Origin: a virus
DNA length: 46,506 nucleotides
Direction: 5' to 3' (one strand)
IMG/VR virus record: IMGVR_UViG_2554235504_000004
Coordinates: 1-46,506 of that record
In this document: in pieces, positions 1-7,057 of the stretch
Layout of the letters: every line of letters starts with the position of its first letter
How positions within the stretch are numbered: position 1 is the first letter of the stretch
Position numbers and translations under genes: made by a program
The notes under the pieces: model-generated
The model's input: only the letters and a program-made list of their open reading frames with translations
Told to the model about the DNA's origin: nothing
Database searches by the model: none

Positions 1-89
1 GGCGCTTCTGGCGGACATCACAACCAGGGTGCCGCCTGGTCCTGCCGGATGAACACACCTTGTCAGGGCGGCACTTACGACGGTTCAGA
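1..89. repeat. Terminal redundancy copy 1 (identical to 46418-46506)
   Basis: Base-by-base comparison of ggcgcttctggcggacatcacaacc...cgacggttcaga at both ends. Confidence 0.95.
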
Positions 90-453
90 TGGTGCTGAGG
101 TTCCGTTCACGAGCCAGGTCTATGATGGGACGGTAGATCCTGATGTGCATCAATACGGTTACGTTGACCGCTGGCAGGCGGGAGGGAGTAAGGGCGAGTG
201 GACGACGATCGACTATCGTATTGAACTCAATACACCAGGGGTAGCGGATGGGCGTCTCATCGGGTGGGTGAACGGAGTGAAGGCGTTCGACAGAGAGGGC
301 TATCTGTTCCGAGACAAGGACCACGCACACCAGGGTGTCCGCTGTTGGCGCTGGCACTATTACTTCGGTGGTTCGTGGGGCTCGCCGAGTGATAACAAGC
401 TCTACGCTCGCAATTTCTCGGTGTGGGCTGACGAGAGCGTTCCGGAGATGTGA
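1..453 (+). CDS. C-terminal part of the junction-spanning polysaccharide-lyase-like protein (continuation of 45533-46417)
   Basis: The frame is continuous with the ORF left open at the window end. Motifs GGTKLPGW, ELNTPGVADGRLIGWVNG and HYYFGGSWGSP resemble the PF14099 / PL14-type jelly-roll lyase family. Confidence 0.6.
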   Translation, partial: GASGGHHNQGAAWSCRMNTPCQGGTYDGSDGAEVPFTSQVYDGTVDPDVHQYGYVDRWQAGGSKGEWTTIDYRIELNTPGVADGRLIGWVNGVKAFDREGYLFRDKDHAHQGVRCWRWHYYFGGSWGSPSDNKLYARNFSVWADESVPEM

Positions 454-455
454 GT

Positions 456-487
456 GTACAGCACATTATCGTCGTAATGTGGAGTAC
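456..487 (+). terminator. Hairpin just after the last late gene
   Basis: Perfect 7-bp stem cacatta/taatgtg (462-481) with a 6-nt loop, extended by a gtac/gtac helix. It starts 3 nt after the stop codon, but no T-run follows. Confidence 0.3.
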
Positions 488-748
488 TGGATATGACCCG
501 TAGGAACCCTCAGTCGCCAGTTATCCAAATGGGGATACCCCCACCTAGTGGGGTTGGTTAGGTGATACACTGGATAATGCGATAGAAAATTGATGGGAGG
601 TAGGGAAGTAGCTAACTCGTATCCAAGCCATGAATGCACACTACGAAACACCGGGGCGAGAGCCCCAGCGACGGCCATTGCTGGAACTTTTGGACAGGTT
701 CAGCAACGGCGCTAGTACCGTTTCCAGACCACAGTATAACTCTAGGGG

Positions 749-1066
749 ATGTCCGTGAGCCTACTCACTCAAGTCTGCGAAATCGATGTGCCGGACTCTC
801 AAGGCGACTATCTCCGGTGTCTCGACCGGAATCTACAAGACAAATGGCCAGGCATGACCGCGGTTAGGCTCCGACTCCTCCAGTCTACTTTCATCTCCCT
901 TCTGATTGGTGCTCTTGCATATTCGCTTGACGGGAGCCCGACGTTCGCTATTGGCTCCATCGCAGCCGTCAACATCGTTCTATTGGCAGATGTTATCGCA
1001 GTCGCCTCTGTCGAAGTGTCATCCTCTGGAATCACAGTCACAATGCAGGACAACGACGACGAATGA
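749..1066 (+). CDS. Small two-TM membrane protein (holin-like candidate)
   Basis: Hydrophobic segments LLQSTFISLLIGALAYSL and FAIGSIAAVNIVLLADVIAVASV with an acidic tail QDNDDE. ATGA overlap with the next ORF. An alternative start is ATG 854. Confidence 0.5.
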   Translation: MSVSLLTQVCEIDVPDSQGDYLRCLDRNLQDKWPGMTAVRLRLLQSTFISLLIGALAYSLDGSPTFAIGSIAAVNIVLLADVIAVASVEVSSSGITVTMQDNDDE

Positions 1067-1608
1067 TAAACGAACTCGTAACCCTCGCTCGTGGCATCGA
1101 TCCCGAACTAATCGGTATTCTCTTGACGTTCATCGTCGGACTCACAGAGACCGGCAGGCGATTTCAGAAGACAGGCAACATCCCGTACAGGAAGCTCCCG
1201 TGGGCGGCTAAACGCGAGTTGTTCCGATGGATTCGGAAAAGCTATTTTACCGTCGACAAGCCAGACCATCCCTCGTTTGTGGTCGATAAGTCAGTGGATG
1301 AGATTCGCAAGACGCTTGCACGGCAGGGATTCGTCCCTGAATGGCCTCTGAGCTACAAGTACGGTGGCGAGGACGGGAATCTACGTCAGTACATCTACGA
1401 CAGCGGCCAAGATCTCCCGAATAGACAGGTGCACGTTCGACTGTTCGAAGTGGAGGGTGGGACCGAGATCATGGCCCATTCGGAGCCGACGCCAGAGCAC
1501 CATCCAGAGGAGCACTTAGCGGAGACAGATATGGTGTTTGAGTCGGCGAACGATTTTGTCCGTTCCCGTCTTGAGGACCCGCGACCGATCGGCTATCCTA
1601 GCGACTAG
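1063..1608 (+). CDS. Hypothetical protein with N-terminal hydrophobic anchor
   Basis: 181-aa ORF translationally coupled to 749-1066. N-terminal segment IGILLTFIVGL, acidic remainder. Confidence 0.55.
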   Translation: MINELVTLARGIDPELIGILLTFIVGLTETGRRFQKTGNIPYRKLPWAAKRELFRWIRKSYFTVDKPDHPSFVVDKSVDEIRKTLARQGFVPEWPLSYKYGGEDGNLRQYIYDSGQDLPNRQVHVRLFEVEGGTEIMAHSEPTPEHHPEEHLAETDMVFESANDFVRSRLEDPRPIGYPSD

Positions 1609-1625
1609 TCACTCACCCGGCGGTC

Positions 1626-1631
1626 TTTTTT
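1626..1631 (+). terminator. Oligo-T tract between convergent genes
   Basis: T6 run 18 nt after the stop of 1063-1608. Archaeal terminators are typically oligo-T. Confidence 0.3.
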
Positions 1632-1675
1632 GCCGAGTGGGTTAGAACACTGCATATATGCAAACAGAGGCATCA

Positions 1676-1915
1676 CTACTCAGTAGCCGTCTGTAGGTAT
1701 AGTTCGGCGTGGTCACAACTAATCAACTGAGTTCGGCACTCAGGACACTGCTCAACGTCACATCCCTTTTCGTGCAGTTCGCCACGTTCAACCTGACAGT
1801 CATGGCATTTCTCCGAGTCGCGTGGGATGTACAACGCCGTACCGTCTGGGAGTTCGTTTCGTGTTTCTTCGCCGTACGGGATACGCTCAGTACCGTCTGT
1901 ATCGTGTTCACTCAT
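1676..1915 (-). CDS. Small Cys-rich protein (CxxC...CxxC)
   Basis: Start chosen at MSEHDT, giving the ATGAGTGA overlap with the upstream gene. Motifs CHDC and CPEC. Confidence 0.5.
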   Translation of the reverse strand: MSEHDTDGTERIPYGEETRNELPDGTALYIPRDSEKCHDCQVERGELHEKGCDVEQCPECRTQLISCDHAELYLQTATE

Positions 1916-2153
1916 CGTTGTATTCCTCATCAACACGGATATTCGCTAACGTCGTCTCAGCATCTTCTTGGTTATCAACCGTCTTTATGACGGCCGAATC
2001 CTCATGCTTTGCTTCAACGACGAGTCGTGCACTGTATTCCCGACTTTGAAGTTTCTCGAGTAGTTCCAAAGCGGTTTCTTCGCTCATGGGTTCTTCGTCC
2101 CATGTATCTGCGGCAGTCGTTGCTTTCCGGTCGTGGTGTACTTGTTCAGTCAT
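1908..2153 (-). CDS. Acidic hypothetical protein
   Basis: 81-aa ORF in an operon-like minus-strand string. Confidence 0.5.
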   Translation of the reverse strand: MTEQVHHDRKATTAADTWDEEPMSEETALELLEKLQSREYSARLVVEAKHEDSAVIKTVDNQEDAETTLANIRVDEEYNDE

Positions 2154-2171
2154 TGTTCTGGGATTCTTACT

Positions 2172-2363
2172 TTATGCTAAGTGATCCACGACTGCGAACT
2201 GTTCATTTCCGCACTTTGCACATGGGGTATCGCTGAACACATCCTTCGCGTGTTCAGCTTCTTCTTGCGCTTCTGCCTCCAAGTCAAGACCGGTCCGACA
2301 CTTCGCACACTTCAAATCAAACCCCCCTGTCTGTCGGAGTGGGTTCTTGTTACTCATAGTCAC
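2172..2363 (-). CDS. Zinc-ribbon mini-protein
   Basis: Motifs CAKC...CAKC. GTG start overlaps the stop of the upstream regulator (GTGA), and an ATG alternative lies at 2357. Its first codons lie in the 35-bp inverted repeat. Confidence 0.5.
   Translation of the reverse strand: MTMSNKNPLRQTGGFDLKCAKCRTGLDLEAEAQEEAEHAKDVFSDTPCAKCGNEQFAVVDHLA
2327..2361. repeat. 35-bp perfect inverted repeat, copy A (partner 20785-20819)
   Basis: The reverse complement equals gactatgagtaacaagaacccactccgacagacag at 20785-20819. Checked base by base, with mismatches on both flanks. Confidence 0.95.
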
Positions 2364-2701
2364 TCGTCACCGTCTCGGCTTTCTCCGAGGGCCTTGATAG
2401 CTTCCCACTCAAAGTTCGCGAATGCCTCTGCTGCTCCATTGTCTTTGTCAATCTGGTACATCCAAGCGTTACCAGCCTTTCTCGTCTTTTTGATGACGCC
2501 ATACTCAAGCAGGTCATCGATGTGACGGTGGATAGTTGATCGATCGGCATCCGCCATACGGGCAATATCGGAGAGATTGTAGTCTCTGTCAGGGTTGGTG
2601 AGGAGGGCCAAGAGCATCTTGGTCTTTGGGTGGTCGCCAAGCAGTCCGAGAACAACCTGTCCCTCGGGCTCGTCATCCATGGTTTTGCTCTTTGTCGCCA
2701 T
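2360..2701 (-). CDS. Winged-helix transcription regulator (ArsR/TrmB-like)
   Basis: Segment LSDIARMADADRSTIHRHIDDLLEYGVIKKTRK is a typical HTH plus wing. Start set at MATKSK (cat at 2699-2701). Confidence 0.7.
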   Translation of the reverse strand: MATKSKTMDDEPEGQVVLGLLGDHPKTKMLLALLTNPDRDYNLSDIARMADADRSTIHRHIDDLLEYGVIKKTRKAGNAWMYQIDKDNGAAEAFANFEWEAIKALGESRDGDE

Positions 2702-2824
2702 ACTTGTCCTATAACGTTCCAGTGCCATAAGTCTTTGCAGTCTTACCCCACCACATGCCTGAAGTAGCGCATTGGCGTTGCACAGAAACAACACACTTAT
2801 AACACACTAGTGTGTAGGAATAGT

Positions 2825-3118
2825 ATGGAGGTGAGAAATATAGACGAGCAAGAACTCAAAAACAAGGTAGTGTACTACCTCGTTCGGAACGACGTGACAG
2901 GTGGACACAACATGACTGTGGACCAAGTGAAAAGCAATGCAGCGATACCGACTCACGCGGAAGGTGACGCGGAGGACGCGATTCGCGACCTAATCCGCAA
3001 TCCGCCACCAGTCCAAGCCTACGGCGGGCAACGTGATGCAATCACGCTCACGTCACTCCCGGATGGGGTAGAGTACCTCAAGGACCACGGCGGAGATGTC
3101 CCATTTGGTTGGGACTGA
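2825..3118 (+). CDS. Hypothetical protein, divergent from the wHTH regulator
   Basis: The ATG at 2825 sits about 25-30 nt downstream of the TATA-like cttataac, consistent with a leaderless mRNA. The track ORF starts at GTG 2810. Confidence 0.5.
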   Translation: MEVRNIDEQELKNKVVYYLVRNDVTGGHNMTVDQVKSNAAIPTHAEGDAEDAIRDLIRNPPPVQAYGGQRDAITLTSLPDGVEYLKDHGGDVPFGWD

Positions 3119-3128
3119 CCAATTGACT

Positions 3129-3134
3129 TTTTTA
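3129..3134 (+). terminator. Oligo-T tract in a small hairpin
   Basis: ccaat-tgactttttt-attgg lies directly after the stop at 3118. Confidence 0.3.
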
Positions 3135-3226
3135 TTGGTCGGCTTGGGTAACTTGTGGTTCAAACAAGTGCTACACTGCACAACCAGATCCCGCACGAAA
3201 GCTAGAGACGATTTTCGGGTCTGTCG

Positions 3227-3355
3227 CTACTCCTCGTCTTCGACCTCGATTACCGACACCTTCACAGTCTTATTTGCGAACTCTATTCCGAGATTCACAC
3301 GTCCCCGATCGTCTGCTTTCAATGTCTCTACTTTATCTGGTAGTTCGTCAGTCAT
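3227..3355 (-). CDS. AbrB/SpoVT-type (VapB-like) small DNA-binding protein, 42 aa
   Basis: My translation is MTDELPDKVETLKADDRGRVNLGIEFANKTVKVSVIEVEDEE. The DDRGRVNLG looped-hinge motif supports the call. It is below the track size cutoff and replaces the basic plus-strand ORF 3096-3383. Confidence 0.5.
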   Translation of the reverse strand: MTDELPDKVETLKADDRGRVNLGIEFANKTVKVSVIEVEDEE

Positions 3356-3379
3356 AATCGATAATAGGGCTGCGGGAAC

Positions 3380-3844
3380 TTAGTATTGATTCGCCTCGAT
3401 AGCGATGTCATAATCTGCGACATCGCTTTCCTCTACGTCGTACAGAGAGACCTCAAACGGCCACTCTTTCCCTCCACCGAGTTCAGTCGTGTTAGCCATA
3501 TACGTGTCTATCTGCTGATCGTCATCGTTGTACGCACGCACACTAACTTCAACGTAGTCAATCAGCTCGTCAGTATTGTTCTTTACTGTCCCCTCGACGA
3601 CTAACTCGGTCGTCCCGTAATCGGTTTCAGTCGTCGTCATCTCGTGTTCCGTGATTGATGCTGTCTCCTCGTCTCCGCTTGAGGAGTTATCCCCTCCGTT
3701 GTCTCCTCCATTCCCGCTGTCTCCACCGTTGCCTTCCTCGTAGTCGTCATCGCTCGAACCAGAGCAACCGGCCACTGCTGCCGTCAGTCCAGTCGCGGTT
3801 CCCACCAATACACTCCGTCGGCTGAATTCGTTGTTGTCTGCCAT
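3380..3844 (-). CDS. Tat-exported lipoprotein with FxLYD-like C-terminal domain
   Basis: Twin-arginine SRRSVL, lipobox VAGC and a Gly/Asn/Asp/Ser linker. The C-terminal block TVKNNTDELIDYVEVSVRAYN...WPFEVSLYD resembles the haloarchaeal FxLYD domain. Start at MADNNE. Confidence 0.7.
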   Translation of the reverse strand: MADNNEFSRRSVLVGTATGLTAAVAGCSGSSDDDYEEGNGGDSGNGGDNGGDNSSSGDEETASITEHEMTTTETDYGTTELVVEGTVKNNTDELIDYVEVSVRAYNDDDQQIDTYMANTTELGGGKEWPFEVSLYDVEESDVADYDIAIEANQY

Positions 3845-3993
3845 CGACGTTTTACCGTACACGCCCATGGTATATAAAGAATGGGTTTTTGACCCACGAA
3901 GATATTAGCAAGGTTATTATTACCGATGGCCAGAAATTGACGCAAATAACGTATTCTTTTACCGATTGCGTTAGATAGCTACAGCAGAATACG

Positions 3994-4431
3994 ATGGAGA
4001 TTACGACCATCCGATTACCAGCAACGATGAAAGAGGCAATCGAGCGAGAAGCCGAGGAACAGGAACTTTCGCCTACAGAATACATGCGGACCATCCTCCG
4101 TAATCGCAAGCAGATTACTATGGAGGACTCTGCCAAAGAATCTGAGGGAGATTACGATGAACTCGCCGATCGGGTAGATGAACTAGAGCGGAGACTGAAC
4201 CACTTCGAAGAATCCGAGCCACGGGACACAGATCAACCCTCGACAGAGTATGATGAGATAATCCAGTGGGTGCGTGACAATCAGCCAGTGACCAAAAGGG
4301 ACGTGCTCGATGAGTGGCACTCTGAGGACATGATGTATGCAGAGCTAACCTGGTGGGAACAGGATGTCAAACCGGCATTGAAAGAGGCTGGATTTAGCCA
4401 CACTCGGAATATCGGCTGGACTGGAGAGTAG
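3994..4431 (+). CDS. Ribbon-helix-helix (CopG-like) protein with acidic C-terminal domain
   Basis: N-terminus MEITTIRLPATMKEAIEREAEEQELSPTEYMRTIL is a classic RHH pattern. Confidence 0.65.
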   Translation: MEITTIRLPATMKEAIEREAEEQELSPTEYMRTILRNRKQITMEDSAKESEGDYDELADRVDELERRLNHFEESEPRDTDQPSTEYDEIIQWVRDNQPVTKRDVLDEWHSEDMMYAELTWWEQDVKPALKEAGFSHTRNIGWTGE

Positions 4432-4452
4432 CTTTCAACAGAAACGTGGTGT

Positions 4453-4695
4453 CTACAACTGGCCCTTATTATTCGCCGGTGTCCGATCTATATCCCTGTG
4501 AGGACACCCGCTATAGTGACCGTATTCCTCGGCATCGAGTCCGAGAGTGCACTTACTATGGCACGTATCGCACCAGAATCCCCGATCTCCGAACTCGTAG
4601 TCATCAAACTTCGGATTGTAGTCAATCCGCTGGTGGGGCTCGTGAAGGGTTTCCTTCCCGTGCTCTTTGATAGCGTCGTCTCTAACACTACTCAT
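4453..4695 (-). CDS. Small Cys/His-rich protein
   Basis: Motifs CDTCHSKC...CPH. Start at MSSVRDD gives the ATGAGTAG overlap with the upstream gene. Confidence 0.45.
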   Translation of the reverse strand: MSSVRDDAIKEHGKETLHEPHQRIDYNPKFDDYEFGDRGFWCDTCHSKCTLGLDAEEYGHYSGCPHRDIDRTPANNKGQL

Positions 4696-4867
4696 TGGCC
4701 TTACTGAATCCGTCCGCATCCTCTTGCAGCTCCACACGTTCTACGTCGATGTTGACTCCGAACCGTTGCCCGTCTTTGGACTGTTTGACTATCTCGTGAT
4801 AAAACGCTTCAACATGATTAGAGGCTTCACCGCTGATTTTCAGATACGTCTCGTACTCGTCACTCAT
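4688..4867 (-). CDS. Hypothetical small acidic protein
   Basis: Start at MSDEYE gives an ATGA overlap with 4864-5244. Confidence 0.45.
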   Translation of the reverse strand: MSDEYETYLKISGEASNHVEAFYHEIVKQSKDGQRFGVNIDVERVELQEDADGFSKANE

Positions 4868-5244
4868 TGGAACATCCCTCTGTGCGCATAGAGATACGCA
4901 CGCGTTGGCCCGTGGTCGATCATGTCCACCGTATAGATAGTCCTGCAAATGCGGTTGCAGCCGTCATTGTAGTGGTGAATAAGGAACAGCACACCATACG
5001 GGTCTGAAGCGTCTAAATCGTAGAAGAACCGGCAACTGTGGGGCGTCTGTCCTCCGTTGTCCTCAACGTGACTCCGGATAGTGCTCACGTCGATCAACCG
5101 ATCAAACGCTTCCTCGGGAGAGACGCTATCTTCGGGAGTTCGTTCGTCCCACCGATCAAACAGCACGTGGTCGGACAGTCTGGTATCGTGGTCAGAGTGC
5201 AGTTTCCAGCGCTCTCGGTTGGAAATGGAGTAGGTAGTGCTCAT
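4864..5244 (-). CDS. Hypothetical protein
   Basis: 126-aa ORF, coupled by ATGA overlaps on both sides. Confidence 0.55.
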   Translation of the reverse strand: MSTTYSISNRERWKLHSDHDTRLSDHVLFDRWDERTPEDSVSPEEAFDRLIDVSTIRSHVEDNGGQTPHSCRFFYDLDASDPYGVLFLIHHYNDGCNRICRTIYTVDMIDHGPTRAYLYAHRGMFQ

Positions 5245-5678
5245 TCCAGCACCCCGTCGAAATCTGTCTGACTCTCGTCGTCGACTGCTTGCCGTTCCTT
5301 CCGCTTGGCTTTGGTCACGTGTGGACAGTCCGAAGACTGAGAAGGGTTGAGATTGTCGAACATCCCCTTGTTGTGATGGTAGTGCCAGCCCCTACACGAG
5401 CAGATCCACAGCGTGCATGAGTCAACTGCGACATCCGCGACCATTTGGGGATATTCGAGCGTTTCAATCTCCATGACGAGATACCCATCATCTCCGTCTT
5501 CTTTGAGTGAGATTCCCGAGTATCGGTTCACAACGTCGTTGATTGGGTAGCCGTGATCTCTGGCCCACTCAAAGGCCATGGGGATGAGTTGGAGTGCGTA
5601 CGGATCTGACGTGGGTTCGTGTTCGATTGTCAGACACTCGTCGTCAAGCTTCGCGACTCTCCTACTGCTCATCGTCAT
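5241..5678 (-). CDS. SWIM-type zinc-finger protein
   Basis: CSCRGWHYHH...(x)...CPH matches the CxCxnCxH SWIM signature. Confidence 0.6.
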   Translation of the reverse strand: MTMSSRRVAKLDDECLTIEHEPTSDPYALQLIPMAFEWARDHGYPINDVVNRYSGISLKEDGDDGYLVMEIETLEYPQMVADVAVDSCTLWICSCRGWHYHHNKGMFDNLNPSQSSDCPHVTKAKRKERQAVDDESQTDFDGVLE

Positions 5679-5928
5679 CCTCCTCTAGGAATTCCTCAAT
5701 CGCTTTTCCAACAGCAACGTATTTCTTCGAATCCGTTACCCGTGGTTCGTCAACAAACCGACTCCATTCGGGGTCGCCACTTCCAGCGATTGCATTCAAC
5801 GACTGAGTGATTGCACTCCCAGTATGCACTTCCGTAACTGCCGCTTCGTATCCGTCTTCGTGTTCTGCGACAGTGACCCGGTAATCACCCTCCACTTCGA
5901 TGGTTTTGGTCGTTCGAATGTCCCCCAT
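5662..5928 (-). CDS. Acidic hypothetical protein
   Basis: 88-aa ORF in the minus-strand operon. Confidence 0.5.
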   Translation of the reverse strand: MGDIRTTKTIEVEGDYRVTVAEHEDGYEAAVTEVHTGSAITQSLNAIAGSGDPEWSRFVDEPRVTDSKKYVAVGKAIEEFLEEDDDEQ

Positions 5929-6104
5929 CAGTCCGTCACCTCGTAGGTCTGTGCGTTCGGCCGGCGCTCTTCGGTCTCGTCTAACGCTTCCTCGAGTTCA
6001 TCGGCGCACATTTCATAGGAGACTGCACTCCCATGATTTCCGATGCTGCCCTCTTTGTCGGCCATATCTCGCCATTCCTCAACGAGTTCTCTCGGGTCCG
6101 TCAC
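5928..6104 (-). CDS. Hypothetical small acidic protein (GTG start)
   Basis: My translation is VTDPRELVEEWRDMADKEGS...AQTYEVTD. GTGA overlap upstream and a 1-nt stop/start overlap downstream. Below the track cutoff. Confidence 0.35.
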   Translation of the reverse strand: MTDPRELVEEWRDMADKEGSIGNHGSAVSYEMCADELEEALDETEERRPNAQTYEVTD

Positions 6105-6274
6105 AGGAAGTCACCACCAGGGAGTTCGCGATAGGTCGTGCACTCTGGACACGCGTGCACGTTGTTGAACTCGTCACCGATCACACGGGCCGTCTGTGGG
6201 ATGATGTGCGACCCACAGTTGCGACACTCCGTATCAGGCTTGGTATCCGCGCTGTAACTCGTCCACATCCTCAT
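6101..6274 (-). CDS. CPxCG-related mini zinc-finger protein, 57 aa
   Basis: My translation is MRMWTSYSADTKPDTECRNCGSHIIPQTARVIGDEFNNVHACPECTTYRELPGGDFL. This pattern is common in haloarchaea and their plasmids and viruses. ATGA overlap with the PadR-like gene. Confidence 0.55.
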   Translation of the reverse strand: MRMWTSYSADTKPDTECRNCGSHIIPQTARVIGDEFNNVHACPECTTYRELPGGDFL

Positions 6275-6573
6275 TCACCCACGAACTCGCGGTATCCGTC
6301 GAGGTCCTGCTCTCCGCTCGGTGTCAGGACGTAGTAATTGGTGCGACGGTCAATCTCTCCCTTCTCAACTAACCCATCCTCAACCAAGTCATCAAGATTC
6401 GGATATAATCTGCCATGAGTGGCATCAGGATATCCAGTCATTTGCAGTGCGTCGAGGATTTCCATCCCGCTTGGCTCCCCACCAAGCCGGTCAATCATGA
6501 CAAGGATGTCACGGCGAAATCCTGTGTTCTGGTCTGAGAGCGGGTTCGTAGTGAGTTTGGCATCCATACTCAT
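6271..6573 (-). CDS. PadR-family winged-helix regulator
   Basis: GRLYPNLDDLVEDGLVEKGEIDRRTNYYVLT is the PadR recognition helix plus wing. It is the first gene of the 6573-to-4453 minus-strand operon. Confidence 0.7.
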   Translation of the reverse strand: MSMDAKLTTNPLSDQNTGFRRDILVMIDRLGGEPSGMEILDALQMTGYPDATHGRLYPNLDDLVEDGLVEKGEIDRRTNYYVLTPSGEQDLDGYREFVGE

Positions 6574-6666
6574 TCTAAATCACGGCTTTAATGCCGTATA
6601 GACTCATTCACCGCTCTTTACTTATAGCTTTCCATGTCTATAACTGGCTAAAGACAATCTTTATCA

Positions 6667-6697
6667 TATATGCGTGCGTATAGTTGCTATATGCGTG
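6667..6697. promoter_or_regulatory. Two direct copies of TATATGCGTG, 21 bp apart, in a divergent promoter region
   Basis: Copies at 6667-6676 and 6688-6697, in the AT-rich gap between the PadR-like gene and the plus-strand methyltransferase operon. Confidence 0.35.
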
Positions 6698-6810
6698 TGG
6701 TTGATGACCAAGAGGAAATAGGCATCTGCTTTGTTTGTCAGATTCCAGGGCGGGGATTAGAGCGCACAGTTACCGGCGAACTCGCTCATGAGGGATGTAT
6801 CGATGGGTAG
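6691..6810 (+). CDS. Possible leaderless micro-ORF (39 aa, CxxC...HxxC)
   Basis: My translation is MRVVDDQEEIGICFVCQIPGRGLERTVTGELAHEGCIDG. The TATA-like ttatcatata lies about 25 nt upstream. Confidence 0.25.
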   Translation: MRVVDDQEEIGICFVCQIPGRGLERTVTGELAHEGCIDG

Positions 6811-7057
6811 CGTCAGTGTTGACTCGGATGACAAAGACTGGTTTGACGATTTCAAGGGCGGCAGAAACCAAGCCGAAGCCTTCGCCGAAATGGTTCAAAT
6901 CGTCAAGGCCTTCGAGGGCGAACCAGTGGACCACGAGCAGTTAGCAGAGGAATTGAGCCATACGCTGATACCCCAAGTGGAGGTCGCGTCGTACCGCGGT
7001 TCAAAGGAGTATCTCGAGCAACACGGAGCGGGAACGGAGAGCAACACCGGGCCATGA
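6788..7057 (+). CDS. Hypothetical acidic protein upstream of the methyltransferase
   Basis: 89-aa ORF with an alternative start at ATG 6803 (MGSVSV). ATGA overlap with 7054. Confidence 0.5.
   Translation: MRDVSMGSVSVDSDDKDWFDDFKGGRNQAEAFAEMVQIVKAFEGEPVDHEQLAEELSHTLIPQVEVASYRGSKEYLEQHGAGTESNTGP

Noticed and set aside
466-867. ORFs 466-678 (minus) and 634-867 (plus) in the gap after the last late gene
   Set aside because: Both products are basic, Arg/Pro/His-rich and unlike the acidic proteome. I treat the region as non-coding, with a hairpin at 456-487 and a G-rich palindrome ccccac-cta-gtgggg near 539-553.
3096-3383. 95-aa plus-strand ORF
   Set aside because: Its product is basic and Ser/Arg-rich. 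The opposite strand encodes a compact AbrB-type ORF with a clear DDRGRVNLG motif, followed by the lipoprotein gene.
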